Positions 15,610 through 29,160 are shown, counted from the stretch's first letter. The stretch: DNA of 64,000 bases from Octopus vulgaris (GCA_951406725.2 OX597835.1:30318001-30382000), one strand, 5' to 3'. A program made the numbers and translations. Notes: generated by a model from the letters alone, not told the origin.

Positions 15610-15610
<1 letters not shown>
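15382..15610 (+). mobile_element. PLE 3' end (pLTR) with degenerate HHR (~15526-15561)
   Basis: Matches 46395-46558, the 3' UTR of the GIY-YIG relic; CAG-TCGAAAA-AGTC-TCAAT-GACC-GAAA-CCGG-TA-CTG. Confidence 0.7.
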
Positions 15611-15683
<73 letters not shown>

Positions 15684-16211
15684 CATACACTCACACACTC
15701 ACATATCCATGTGTAACTGTTTGTACGTTGTCTGCAACAAATTAACCACAGTACACGGCCGGAGGGGGACGCGAAACGGTACACTGCCTGTCCGCTAGTG
15801 AGAGTTGCGTACTTTAGTAGTCTATTTAGCTTAGAAATTCCACCTCTATTTTTATCTCATCACACCTCTGTCTAACTTCTCTTTTTCTCTCTTCTTTTCT
15901 CTCTTTCTCTTTCAGCGTCTCTATTTCTCTAAGTGCTAATGCTGTCTTTACGTTGTTAAAAACAACAAAGACAAATAAAAGGCGACAAAAACCCCGTAAG
16001 TGTTTTATACACTTCTAAGTTTGTTACACTCGCTACAGTATACATAATGTATGTTTACCTTCGCGAGAGATTGGCATTTAAAAGAAACCGTGTAGATTGT
16101 ACATGTAACTGTTGGAGGTGTGGTTGCAAATTGCCTACTCCGACGCCACTGCTTGTGTAGTCGTATGTATCGTTAATGTCACAGGCCTATATCTTACCCC
16201 ACCTCAGTATA

Positions 16212-16815
16212 TGAGGTCTGTTCAATAAGTATCCGGACTGTTGACATAGTAACGAAGCTAAAGCACGCAGTGCAAAGCTGTTTGGCACAGATTTGCCTTG
16301 AACACTGCTGTGCTTGCGCACTAAGTTTTAACTTTCTAGCTCACTTTCGCTATTTACAGCAGTGATTGGAAGGAACGTGTGTAGCGTGTAATCGTGGTGT
16401 TGACAGTGACAGAGAAAGTTGTCTTGGCGATGTCTACGCAGAGGCCTACGCAAAGTTAAAAAACTGCATGGAGAGGAGCGTGTGATAAGTGTACGAGTGG
16501 TTTAGACGTTTCTGAGGTGGCCGTAAAATGTCGATGTTGACGGACGTTCTGGCAGACCCATAACTAACATCTATTAGAGGAAATCGTCGAATCACCATCT
16601 TTGAGTTATCAAAGGATACGCATATTAGTTACGGTCCAGTTCTGTCCATTATTGCTGAAGAATTCGGTATGAGACGCGTATCTGCCAAGTATGTACCAAA
16701 GCTGTTTTCAACTGACCAAAAAAGACACGGGTTTCAATTGCAAAAGATCTCCTTTATTGTCTTGAGACGGATGAAAACGTTTTGAAAACTTTGCGTAGGC
16801 CGCTGAGCATGTCGC
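16212..16815 (+). mobile_element. Mariner 5' fragment (HTH region), decayed
   Basis: TIR-like TGAGGTCTGTTCAATAAGTATCCGG; VYEWFRRF..RSGRP..NRRITIFELS..GMRRVSAKYVPKL. Confidence 0.8.
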
Positions 16816-17195
16816 TATATTAGTTGTTGTCTTTGCGCACAAAAGCATATATATGAACGGGGGCGTTTATATATCCATAATTGTTAACGGTTATTTTAAA
16901 TACTTTTCTTGCAGTATTCTGTGTTTATTTCTTTTTCGCCTCTTATTTTATTTCTTTTCTTCTATATAAATGAAGATTTATCCTTTGTTCTGCTGCTTTT
17001 CTTTACCCAAAATGAGAACAAATACTGCGGAACTGTTATTTTAACAACTTATATATTTTTATCACCCGATGAAACACATCTGCACCGCCGGATGCCCTTA
17101 AACCAGCTGCTAAGTATCTTACCCGTAAGGTATCCAAATAACTGTTGTAATAAATAGAAATTCCTGTATCTTCCATCTTCCGTCTTTCATTTGCC

Positions 17196-17265
<70 letters not shown>

Positions 17266-17290
17266 ATATCTATCTATCTATCTATCTATC

Positions 17291-17347
<57 letters not shown>

Positions 17348-17864
17348 AGTCACACATACACAAACAAATGTGTGTATATTAATGTATTAATACTATTTGG
17401 CAGCATAAGAAGCTGTCCGCAGATGCTGAAGTCCTTCAAGCGTTCGCTGGCCAAATTTAGGGTCCGATGATTGCTACGAACTATATAATTCAGTCATGAA
17501 ACAGACATCGAGATATGTTAATAAACCTAAGAGAAAAACAAGCACGAAAAAGAGACTACACACACGCGCAACAAAAACACACACAGACACGCACATGCAT
17601 ACATGTTATATGTAATAATATACAAATTTACATTGGTATCCAGGCAACAAAATTGACCAAATGTGGGTATGTGTGTGTGTGTGTGGGGGGGACGGTATCA
17701 AACAAATATTTGTATTTATTAAGTATCAAATATAATTACAAACACGATTTCAGGAAGACATATACATATCTACATGCATGTGGATGTGCATGTATGTATA
17801 CATACATGTGTATATTTATGTATATATATATATATAAATACATCCAGAGGTATACGGGTATATA

Positions 17865-17930
<66 letters not shown>

Positions 17931-18201
17931 TATATGCATATGCATATAGAGATATATATGTGTGTCTATGTGTATATACATATCAATATATGTATATGCA
18001 TATATATGTGTTTGTGTATCAATGTGTGCGAACATCTTAACAGGATTGTAATATGTTGTACAAGTGCAAACAAACATTATATATATATATATATTTATAT
18101 ACACGCACATATATATATATATATATATATATTAAATACATATATGTGTGTGTGTGTGTGCGTGTGTTTGAGTATACTAATGCATGTAAGTGGTGATGTG
18201 G

Positions 18202-18237
<36 letters not shown>

Positions 18238-18250
18238 GTATACATATATA

Positions 18251-18285
<35 letters not shown>

Positions 18286-18849
18286 CTATATATATACATA
18301 TACATATATGTATTTGTATATATATATATGTATATGTATATATCTATATATACATATATGTATATATACATATATGTATATATACATATGTATATGTACA
18401 TATATGACTATATATATATATATATATATACATATACGTAGTTTCACAGAAGCACTCATACACACGCACACTATGTATACATATGTATTGTTCGTGTGCG
18501 TATGTGTGCTTCTGTGAAACTTTCTGTTATTCCTAGCAAAAGGTTTCCATTTTGATATAATGGCCTATTGGATATCTTGGAATGGTAAGTGGATTGATAC
18601 CTTTAGCATTTTCTCTAGACTTCCTGTCTGTAGTTTTGCATTATTTATACAGCCTGTTTGTACCCCACTCCACACGCACGCACATATGTGTGTGTGTGTG
18701 CGCGCGCACTTATATATGTATGTATATGTAGGTATATATATATATATAAATATATATATATGTATGTATATGTAGGTATATATATATATATATATAAATA
18801 TATATATATATACATACCTATATATATATCCACGTATACAGATATATAG

Positions 18850-18971
<122 letters not shown>

Positions 18972-19518
18972 TTATATATATATATAATATATACACTCAA
19001 TCATACAAACGATCATCATTCAATTTAGCATCCATAAATAGCTATGTGCAGGATTGTGTATTCTTCGGTATACATAGACAAAACTTCCACAAACCTGTTT
19101 GTATAAGTACATAAGTCTATACATATGTGTATGTGTGTGTATATGGGTGTGTGTGAGTACATGTGTATGTTAATACATTCGTAGTTGCATATATATATAT
19201 ATATATATGTATACATGTAAATATAAATATATGTGTGCGTATATACATATACATACGTATGCATATATATATATATATGTATATTTAATAAGTCCAGACA
19301 TTTACCAGACATGTGTATCTGTCTATGTATGTACGTATATATTTATGTATGTATGTACGTATGTATATATATATATATATTTGTGTATGTATGTATATCG
19401 GTATGCATGTATAAATGTATGTATGTATATAAGGTATGTATATATATATATGTATTTGTGTATGTATGTATATCTGTATGCACTTATAAATGTATGTATG
19501 GAGTTGTGTCTGAAAATA

Positions 19519-19632
19519 TGTTCGTGTGTGTGTATGTAAGTGTTCGTGTGTGTGTGTATGTAAGTGTTCGTGTGTGTGTGTGTAGGTAAGTGTTCGTGTG
19601 TGTGTGTAGGTAAGTGTTCGTGTGTGTGTGTG
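19519..19632. repeat. Minisatellite, ~5 units of 22-24 bp TGTTCG(TG)nTA(T/G)GTAAG
   Basis: Direct reading of tandem units. Confidence 0.8.
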
Positions 19633-19689
19633 TCCTCGTCCATCAGGCACATCGTGATATTTCGTATTGATAATGATTTCTACATAAAT

Positions 19690-19730
<41 letters not shown>

Positions 19731-20175
19731 CATATGCACACAAACATATATACATATCTCTATATACGCATATATATGTGCATATGCATGTGCTTGCATG
19801 TACATATAAATATCTGCATTTGTGCACGAGTACATATATGCAAACCTGCATATATATGCAAATATAAATGTATATTCGCTTGTCTATACTGTATATACAA
19901 TCAGGTACTGCAAAAAGAATATACTTTTTATAAACAATTAATTTAGTACATATGCTTGTCGTTCTGTCTATCTGATCACCCATCCTCTCTATGTCTATTT
20001 TTATCGTGATGCATATTTTCTGTGCATATTGAATTCATGAAGTCGTTTACAAATATATAAATATGCGAGTTTACCTCCGTCTATATATATGTGTATGTAC
20101 AAATATGAACACACGTTTTTTTTTTATTCTTACAGATACCTGTCTGTATGTATCTATCGCTAACATACTACTCAA

Positions 20176-20256
<81 letters not shown>

Positions 20257-20473
20257 CCTCTGTCTGTCTGTCTATCTGTGTGTCTGTCTGTCTGTCTATC
20301 TGACTGTTTCTCTGTCTTTCTCTCTCACTCTCTCTTTCTCTATTTGTCTAGCTGTCTGTCTGTCTGTCCATCCAACCATCCATCCATCATCTATCTATCT
20401 ATTTATCTATCTATCTATCTACCTATGTATTAATCTATCTATCCATGTTTGTTTATGTGTCTATGTGTATATG

Positions 20474-20504
<31 letters not shown>

Positions 20505-20595
20505 ATATATTTGTATATATGTATATATATATATATTTATATATATATATATATACTTATGTATGTATGTATATTTATATATCTATAACTGTATG

Positions 20596-20637
<42 letters not shown>

Positions 20638-21115
20638 AACGTTTGCATCTAAAGAAAGAGGCTAAATTTAAGCAGAAGCGCTTTCAGCTGCATTCTTTCT
20701 AGATATTCATGCATACTGATGTATGATATGAGAAAGAAATGCATCTAGGTGCTATAAATACACTGCACACTGAGTGCTGAATGACAGTGCATCATGTGCA
20801 TACAGTTACTACTTGCAAATATTGCAGCTGACAATACATTCCTCTGCACTAAATGCAGTTTATACGGTTGCAGATTTTGTAGTCATTTTTGTTGCATCTC
20901 TCTGCAAATGATTGATGGAGAAGAGATTCAGGTGCACCGTTTGCATATTAGAGTGTAGTATTTAAAGTATGGTCCGTGTACCACCTGGAATTTTTAACAT
21001 TCAATGCAATATATGCGAAATGAAAACGGAGGCCCACTGCACGCGCGAGTGTGGTTATGAATGTGGGTACGTTTGTACGTATGCGTTTGAGCATGTATAC
21101 ATACTTACATACACG

Positions 21116-21148
<33 letters not shown>

Positions 21149-21187
21149 ATATATATATATATATGTATAGAGAGAGAGAGAGATATG

Positions 21188-21269
<82 letters not shown>

Positions 21270-21307
21270 CATATATACATATATATATACATACATACAT
21301 ATATATA

Positions 21308-22575
21308 CGAGGGGCGTTCAATAAGTAATGCCCCTGACCCACTTCCCATAGCAGTAGAGCAACGAAACTTGGCACAGTTATTAGTCTTTTTCTACATAGG
21401 AACCACCCAGAGTTACGCATTTCTCCCATCGTTTGATGCGGCTGTGGAGACCGTTTTTGTAGAAGAACCCAGCTTGGTCCTCCAACCTCAACGTGACTTC
21501 AGAAATCAAAGCTGCATCATCTGGGAAACGCTTTCCTTTCAAAAACAACTTCATGATTGGGAAGAGGTGAAAATCAGGGGGTGCAAAGTCAGGAAAGTAG
21601 GGGGATGGGGGAGGAGTTCATAGCCATACGCCTGTGCTTCTGATCTGGCGACAAGCGAGTTGTGGACCGGATTGTTGTCCTGCAGGAGGAGGATGCCTTT
21701 GCTGATCTTGCCCTGCCTCTTGATTTTGATAACTTCTCTTAATTTCCTCAAAAGTGAAGCATAATAGGCTCCTGCAATTGTGGTACCCTTTGCCAGGAAA
21801 TCTGTCATCACTACTCCGTCCTGGTCCCAGAAGACTGTGAGCATGACCTTGCCAGCGGAGGGCTGCACCCTTGCCTTCTTTGGAGGGGGTGAGTCACGGT
21901 GCTTCCACTGCATTGACTGGGCTTTGGTCTCTGGATCATCGTGTGTAATCAGTCTTTTGAAAAATTTTGACTCATCTTCTTGGCACATCTCCAAATTCAC
22001 CCTCGAGCACTCGACGCGTTCTTGCTTCTGGAAAGGCGTGAGCAACCTGGGAATCCATCTGGCAGACACCTTTTGCATATGCAAATGGTCATGAATGATA
22101 GTTTCCACAGACCCGGTACTAATCTTGACCTCATGGGCTATTTGGCGAATAATTATGCGTCGATCTTCCCAAATGGCAGCCTCAACTTGACGGACAGATG
22201 CCTCATCAATGGCAGAAGTGGGCGACCAGATCTGGGAGCTGTTTCCACAGAGTTCCGACCATGTTTGAATTCTCGATGCCAGCGTTTTACAAGGTCATAT
22301 GATGGGGCATCATCACCATAAGTTACTTTCATTTCATCAAAAGTCTCCCGTGGTGTGCGTCCTTTCAAATACAAAAACCGGATCACTGCTCGACACTCAA
22401 CAGGCTCCATTTCACATTTGACTCGGTTCAAACACCTGTAAATCAGAAACCACAATTAATTCAGAGCTGTAATTTACCACTTACTCTATAGAGATATAAA
22501 TAGTTACACGTGCAAAATTTCAGCTAGATCAAACAACTGCAAGTGGGTCAGAGGCGTTACTTATTGAACCCCCTC

Positions 22576-22576
<1 letters not shown>
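21308..22576 (-). mobile_element. Near full-length mariner (DD34D) transposon, 1269 bp, inactive
   Basis: ~36-bp TIRs (CGAGGGGCGTTCAATAAGTAATGCCCCTGACCCACTT vs inverted copy at ~22541-22576) with TA on both sides, inserted in (TA)n. Confidence 0.95.
21380..22410 (-). pseudogene. Mariner transposase pseudogene
   Basis: HTH ORF 22153-22455, ORF 21551-22108 with WIPRLLT, SAGKVMLTVFWD and LLQDN; frameshift before [13 protein letters not shown] (YSPDLAPSD motif); GDETW region deleted (ITHDDPETK). Confidence 0.9.
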
Positions 22577-22670
<94 letters not shown>

Positions 22671-22946
22671 CATATAGATGTGTAAGTATGCATATATACG
22701 TATATATATATATATCCTTAAAATTCTTTAAAATGTTTTAGCCCGAAGGCCGCGGCCATGCTGTATGTATGTATGTATGTATGTATGTATTGTCGTTCAG
22801 TGCTCGAAATGATGAGAAGATAGACAGCCTACAACAGATGAAGGGTCGTTCTTTCTGTTACTTGTCCTGTTTTTCATTTGTTTCTCTCGCTGTTTGCGTA
22901 TTGAAGTCATTTGTTTTCGTATTTCATGGTGTTTACCCATATATGC

Positions 22947-23020
<74 letters not shown>

Positions 23021-23182
23021 GTGTGTGTGATTGTGTATAGAAGAATATATTAATAAAAAGAATTCCAACCTTGTCTGATTTTCACGTTTTATTTACAATC
23101 TTATAATGATATATTATAAGATAATATATTATAATTGAATAAAATAAAATGAAATAGTAGAATGTTAAATATTCATTCTGAT

Positions 23183-23227
23183 TGAACTAGTACTTTCATG
23201 CATTGAATTCTGCAATCTTCGGGTTCA
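23183..23227 (-). ncRNA. Minimal type I hammerhead ribozyme motif (left arm)
   Basis: Mirror of 25753-25797. Confidence 0.7.
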
Positions 23228-23721
23228 TGTAGTAGTGTTGACAGTCATGCTTCACAATTTTTGACTGTAGCAAGATGAGTGATTCTGTGCTATAAATACA
23301 GCTGGGTAGGCTCCAGAGTGCTAGGTTTTGCAAACTGTATTCTGACCAATCAGTGTGTAGTATCACTCAATTACTTAAGCTGATTGGTTGGTTGAGCTGA
23401 TTGGTTTAGGCATCACGCTTTGTTGGACAGGTCAAGAGTCCTGTATCTTGACCCTGGCCGAAGCAGCAATTGTTGGGTTATTTTTAGAAATGTTGTAAAT
23501 ATCCTTTGTCAGAGATTTTTATATTTTTATATTTCAATTGTCATCATCATCATTGTCAGCACCTTAATTATTGTTGTTAGTGGTGATGGTGGTGGCAATA
23601 GAACTTTTAACCCTAAATAAGATAATTTTCCTGCTATCTTCGTCTTGATCACCTTTAGTATTGTTGTTGTTGTTAGTGGTCATGGTCGTAGCAGTGGAAG
23701 TAATACCTCTAAGTATTATTA

Positions 23722-24486
23722 TTATTGCTTATTTAGCTTGGGTTCGAATTTATCAATAAAATTCTTTTCTCTGATTTTCCTCTCGATTTCACTTGGGCTG
23801 TGTAATTTGTAGAATGGAAATATTATATATATTTTCCGACCACATGTTGCTAGGTGGTTACTCAAAGGTATCTGACGGACATCTGGGTCTCTAATCTGTT
23901 GCCGGTGTACACGTGAGCGTTCTAATAGTGCGTTTCCCGTCTGACCTACATATATTTCTTCACAATTTGGGCATTTGATGCAGTAAATTAAATTTCTGCT
24001 TTTGCAGTTCATATTCGCGTTTGTGAATATTTTCCCGGTTTTTGTGTTTATATATTGACCGGTATGTATGAATTGGCATGTGCCACATCGGCTATCATTG
24101 CATTTAGATACCGTGAATGTTTGGTCTTTGTTGCTGAGGTCAAATTTTGCCTTTGTTAGTAATGTTTTCAAGTTTTTAGGCTGTCTTTTACTAAGCACCA
24201 TAGCTCGATCCTTGATTATGTCTTTTAATTCATTACTTTGGGCAATGATTGGAAGGTTTGCTTTGGCAATGTTGAAGATATTCTGGTGACATGGGTTGTG
24301 TGTCACTATGAATGGTATGACTTGTTCTTGTTTTCCTCTTCCTTGGGTTGTCCTAAGTTGTTGTATAGGTATTTTTATAGCCCGCTGTATGCCATTTTCT
24401 ATAAGTAGAGATGGGTATTTTTGTTTGAGCAAAAATTCTCTTAGTTCTATTAGGCGTTTGTTCCTGATATTTGCATCTTCTACAAT
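23722..24486 (-). CDS. PLE ORF C-terminus: RT thumb end, Cys linker, GIY-YIG endonuclease (open copy)
   Basis: CNDSRCGTC linker (Neptune-clade-like), NLIYCIKCPNCEEIYVGQT, R..H, REKNFIDKFEPKLN; RT core absent. Confidence 0.85.
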   Translation of the reverse strand: MVEDANIRNKRLIELREFLLKQKYPSLLIENGIQRAIKIPIQQLRTTQGRGKQEQVIPFIVTHNPCHQNIFNIAKANLPIIAQSNELKDIIKDRAMVLSKRQPKNLKTLLTKAKFDLSNKDQTFTVSKCNDSRCGTCQFIHTGQYINTKTGKIFTNANMNCKSRNLIYCIKCPNCEEIYVGQTGNALLERSRVHRQQIRDPDVRQIPLSNHLATCGRKIYIIFPFYKLHSPSEIERKIREKNFIDKFEPKLNKQ

Positions 24487-25258
24487 TTGTACTATTGTAG
24501 AAGATGCAAATATCAGGAACAAACGCCTAATAGAACTAAGAGAATTTTTGCTCAAACAAAAATACCCATCTCTACTTATAGAAAATGGCATACAGCGGGC
24601 TATAAAAATACCTATATAACAACTTAGGACAACCCAAGGAAGAGGAAAACAAGAACAAGTCATACCATTCATAGTGACACACAACCCATGTCACCAGAAT
24701 ATCTTCAACATTGCCAAAGCAAACCTTCCAATCATTGCCCAAAGTAATGAATTAAAAGACATAATCAAGGATCGAGCTATGGTGCTTAGTAAAAGACAGC
24801 CTAAAAACTTGAAAACATTACTAACAAAGGCAAAATTTGACCTCAGCAACAAAGACCAAACATTCACGGTATCTAAATGCAATGATAGCCGATGTGGCAC
24901 ATGCCAATTCATACATACCGGTCAATATATAAACACAAAAACCGGGAAAATATTCACAAACGCGAATATGAACTGCAAAAGCAGAAATTTAATTTACTGC
25001 ATCAAATGCCCAAATTGTGAAGAAATATATGTAGGTCAGACGGGAAACGCACTATTAGAACGCTCACGTGTACACCGACAACAGATTAGAGACCCAGAGG
25101 TCCGTCAGATACCTTTGAGTAACCACCTAGCAACATGTGGTCGGAAAATATATATAATATTTCCATTCTACAAATTACACAGCCCAAGTGAAATCGAGAG
25201 GAAAATCAGAGAAAAGAATTTTATTGATAAATTCGAACCCAAGCTAAATAAGCAATAA
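24485..25258 (+). pseudogene. PLE ORF C-terminus, mirror copy with premature stop
   Basis: Same protein; CAA>TAA at 24617-24619. Confidence 0.85.
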
Positions 25259-25575
25259 TAATAATACTTAGAGGTATTACTTCCACTGCTACGACCATGA
25301 CCACTAACAACAACAACAATACTAAAGGTGATCAAGACGAAGATAGCAGGAAAATTATCTTATTTAGGGTTAAAAGTTCTATTGCCACCACCATCACCAC
25401 TAACAACAATAATTAAGGTGCTGACAATGATGATGATGACAATTGAAATATAAAAATATAAAAATCTCTGACAAAGGATATTTACAACATTTCTAAAAAT
25501 AACCCAACAATTGCTGCTTCGGCCAGGGTCAAGATACAGGACTCTTGACCTGTCCAACAAAGCGTGATGCCTAAA

Positions 25576-25689
25576 CCAATCAGCTCAACCAACCAATCAG
25601 CTTAAGTAATTGAGTGATACTACACACTGATTGGTCAGAATACAGTTTGCAAAACCTAGCACTCTGGAGCCTACCCAGCTGTATTTATA
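25576..25689 (+). promoter_or_regulatory. Candidate pLTR promoter: three CCAAT boxes plus TATA-like element (mirror at 23291-23404, minus strand)
   Basis: CCAATCAG at 25576 and 25593, CTGATTGG at 25627-25634, TATTTATA at 25682-25689, about 65 nt upstream of the HHR. Confidence 0.4.
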
Positions 25690-25752
25690 GCACAGAATCA
25701 CTCATCTTGCTACAGTCAAAAATTGTGAAGCATGACTGTCAACACTACTACA

Positions 25753-25797
25753 TGAACCCGAAGATTGCAGAATTCAATGCATGAAAGTACTAGTTCA
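25753..25797 (+). ncRNA. Minimal type I hammerhead ribozyme motif in PLE pLTR
   Basis: TGAAC-CCGAAGA-T-TGCA-GAATTCAA-TGCA-T-GAAA-GTAC-TA-GTTCA: 5-bp stem I, 4-bp stem II, palindromic loop 3; U4C core variant. Confidence 0.7.
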
Positions 25798-25925
25798 ATC
25801 AGAATGAATATTTAACATTCTACTATTTCATTTTATTTTATTCAATTATAATATATTATCTTATAATATATCATTATAAGATTGTAAATAAAACGTGAAA
25901 ATCAGACAAGGTTGGAATTCTTTTA

Positions 25926-26024
<99 letters not shown>

Positions 26025-26041
26025 AGATAATAGATAATGGA

Positions 26042-26274
26042 AAGGCGGCGAGCTGGTAGAAACGTTAGCACGCCGGGCGAAATTCGTAGCCGTATTTCGT
26101 CTGTCGTTACGTTCCGAGTTCAAATTCCGCCGAGGTCGACTTTGCCTTTCATCCTTTCGGGGTCGATAAATTAAGTACCAGTTACGCACTGGGGTCGATG
26201 TAGTCGACTTAATCCCTTTGTCTGTCCTTGTTTGTCCCCTCTGTGTTTAGCCCCTTGTGGGTAGTAAAGAAATA
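26042..26274 (+). mobile_element. SINE family B, full length
   Basis: AAGGCGGCGAGCTGGTAGAAACG...GAGTTCAAATTCC...GGGTAGTAAAGAAATA. Confidence 0.9.
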
Positions 26275-28278
26275 TATATATATATATATATATACATATA
26301 TATGTATATATGTATACATGCACAGACATACAGATATATACATTTATATGAACACACACACAAACACACATACGCATGTGTATCTGCTGATATCACGGCA
26401 CGACATGTATTGTAAAACTCGTGGCGTAATCGTTGAGTATTCTTCTCTTATATTTTATAAAGGAAGGATCATAATTCCACTGCTCGGAGCATTATTACTC
26501 GGTAGTAATCCGAGTTTGTTTCACATTGTTTTAACTGCTGTTTGAATATACTTTAAAAAATATGAAAGTTATGCAGAAATTCTATTAGAGATAAAATTAG
26601 TAATTATTCTGAGAAGTGATGTTTGTCGCCCCTGCAACATGGCTGTTCCGTACGAACCGACGTTACCCTCCAAGGCGTCCTCTTGCGGTTAAAAAACTGT
26701 GGTGTCATTGTTCCGTACGCAACAGCTAAGTCTTATCTTTATATTTTCTTATCTTATATTTTCGTGCGACTGTGTGACATATAGAGAAGTGAAACCACAC
26801 TTCCTTATATAGTTAAATAATGTTCTCTTATTCAGGCTACTGTTAAAACCAAGGGCTAAATGGAAAACCTTTCAGAAAGAAACTGTATCGCGTAGCAATT
26901 AATTGTTGTTTTAGTGAGAACCTCGGACATAAGATTCGCTCCCATGTCGTACTACAGCCCGGAGTTGAAAAGCTTTTTCTTGTTGAATCCATTACGCAAC
27001 TTGAAAACAACCAGTAAATATTCTTATGCATATCTCATTTGTATAGCCGCTCATTAACACGAATAACATTTCAGCGCTAATAACATGAAAGCTTTCGGGT
27101 TTCAATGATCAGAACCTTTTCCCTTCCTAAGAAATAAGCCAGACCATACGCTCTCAAACATCTGTTTTGTGACGGAAGAAACTATTCAGATTCCCTACCA
27201 CCAAGGATCGACTCCAAAGATATGTAAATAATCATATGACATGAAAATGGTATTGAGAATATTTTGGCAGGAATTACCGCTAATAAGTTTGAGTACCAAC
27301 ACAACCATTCAGGCTGAGGTACGGAGAATACTCCACGTCTTTATCACAGTTCATTGGGAAACATAAGGATATCGGAATCGAACGTGTTTCCGTAATATGG
27401 GACATCGTAGAAATAGCTACTCCATACGTTAATACGGTTATTGATTATAGGTCGTGCTTATAGGAGAAATTCTAACTCCTAAAAGAGCCATAAATATCGA
27501 TGAAGTGATGATCGAAATAGTTTTTCGAAGGTTGCCATCGGCGATAATTATTTATTAGTTTATTTATTGAGAACACACTGACACACAGGCACACACATAC
27601 ACAGAGACACATACACACAGACACACGCACACGAACACACACACACACACACATATACACACATACACACACACGCAGACACATATCTATGATTCTCTAT
27701 GCGTGTAGTGCTCGCGTTTATGTTCGCTGTTGGCATTCTATGACACAGCGTTTCGACAAATAGATAACGACATAGAATAAAGCCCTGACATGAAGATAGA
27801 TACCAATGTCGATATGACCTTTTGGATCCACGACATCGACGATATCAGAGTTTCGATGCAATCCATTGACTGATGTCAGTTTAAGAATAACTGTATGCTA
27901 ATCACCACATATTTCTTTCAAATTTTCGATTTTGGCGCCACCTGTCGGCAAGTATAAAACGGCCACGCCGAAGATCACTTGTCGGCGGACATTTCGAGAT
28001 GATCTAAAGGCAGTCAACATCACAGGGAATGGATGTGCAAGAGTGGATACCACCTGAACCTGAGTAATATAATACAATGTTAAACACGGTATGCAAATTT
28101 GTAACCCAGTTTTTTTGTGACTACTAAATTTGTTAAGTATATAAAAAGATTGGTTGTCTCTTTCTTTGCAGTTGGTCAAATTCATGTAAAAGCACCTGAT
28201 GAGATTTCAATAATGTGCGAAAACCGTGTAAGGCTGTTCAATATTTTAGTTTACCCTATGGAGAAATAGATAAATTTT

Positions 28279-28312
<34 letters not shown>

Positions 28313-28344
28313 AATATACTGGATATATAAAATACATAGTGCCT

Positions 28345-28795
28345 TAAGATTTTGGCCCAAGGCCAGCAATTTTGTGGACGAAGTAAAACTCATGATATCT
28401 GTCCTAGAAATTAACTGGATCATATTTTATCCGAGATGATTAAAGGCGGAGTCGACCTCGACGACATTTGAACTCCAGAAATAAACAGAAAAAAAGCCGG
28501 TAAGCTTTTTGTCCGGGGCGAAAAATTATGTGTGTGTGTGTGTGTGTGTATGTATATATGTATGAGTGTATGTATAACAGCATTACTTTCCCATTTTAGC
28601 ACAAGTCCAGCAATTTTGGGGGAAGAGTAAGTTGAATACTTTCACCCCCAGTGCTCAACTGGTCCATACTTTATTGACCCCGAAATGATGTATGGGCAGG
28701 TATACCTTGGCCGAATTTGAGCTCAGAACATAAAGACAGACGAAATATCCATAACCATCTTGCTCGGCGTGTTAACGAATTTACTAACCGCCTTA
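28345..28795 (-). mobile_element. Two diverged SINE family B-related copies
   Basis: GTCGACCTCG..ATTTGAACTC and TTATTGACCCCGAAA..AATTTGAGCTCAGAAC motifs. Confidence 0.6.
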
Positions 28796-28796
28796 A

Positions 28797-29160
<364 letters not shown>

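Larger units (their letters stand above)
23045..25934. mobile_element. Head-to-head inverted duplication of a 5'-truncated Penelope-like retroelement (2.9-kb palindrome)
   Basis: Arms ~23045-24486 and 24494-25934, 7-nt spacer TTGTACT; mirror coordinates sum to 48980; by eye 3 substitutions and 1 indel between arms. Confidence 0.95.

Noticed and set aside
15916-15994. Plus-strand exon-like segment (TTTCAG|...|GTAAGT)
   Set aside because: The acceptor tract is a CT microsatellite; no coding signal or other support
17044-17160. HHR starting at CCGATGA
   Set aside because: Could not assemble stem II, the GAAA box and stem I consistently
19519-19632. CRISPR-like periodic repeat
   Set aside because: No unique spacers; a eukaryotic minisatellite
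24674-25258. Host GIY-YIG gene (SLX1/ANKLE1-like) or homing endonuclease
   Set aside because: Intronless, preceded by PLE thumb and linker, and followed by an HHR-containing pLTR
28196-28250. HHR CTGATGAG...CGAAA
   Set aside because: No convincing stem II or stem I pairing
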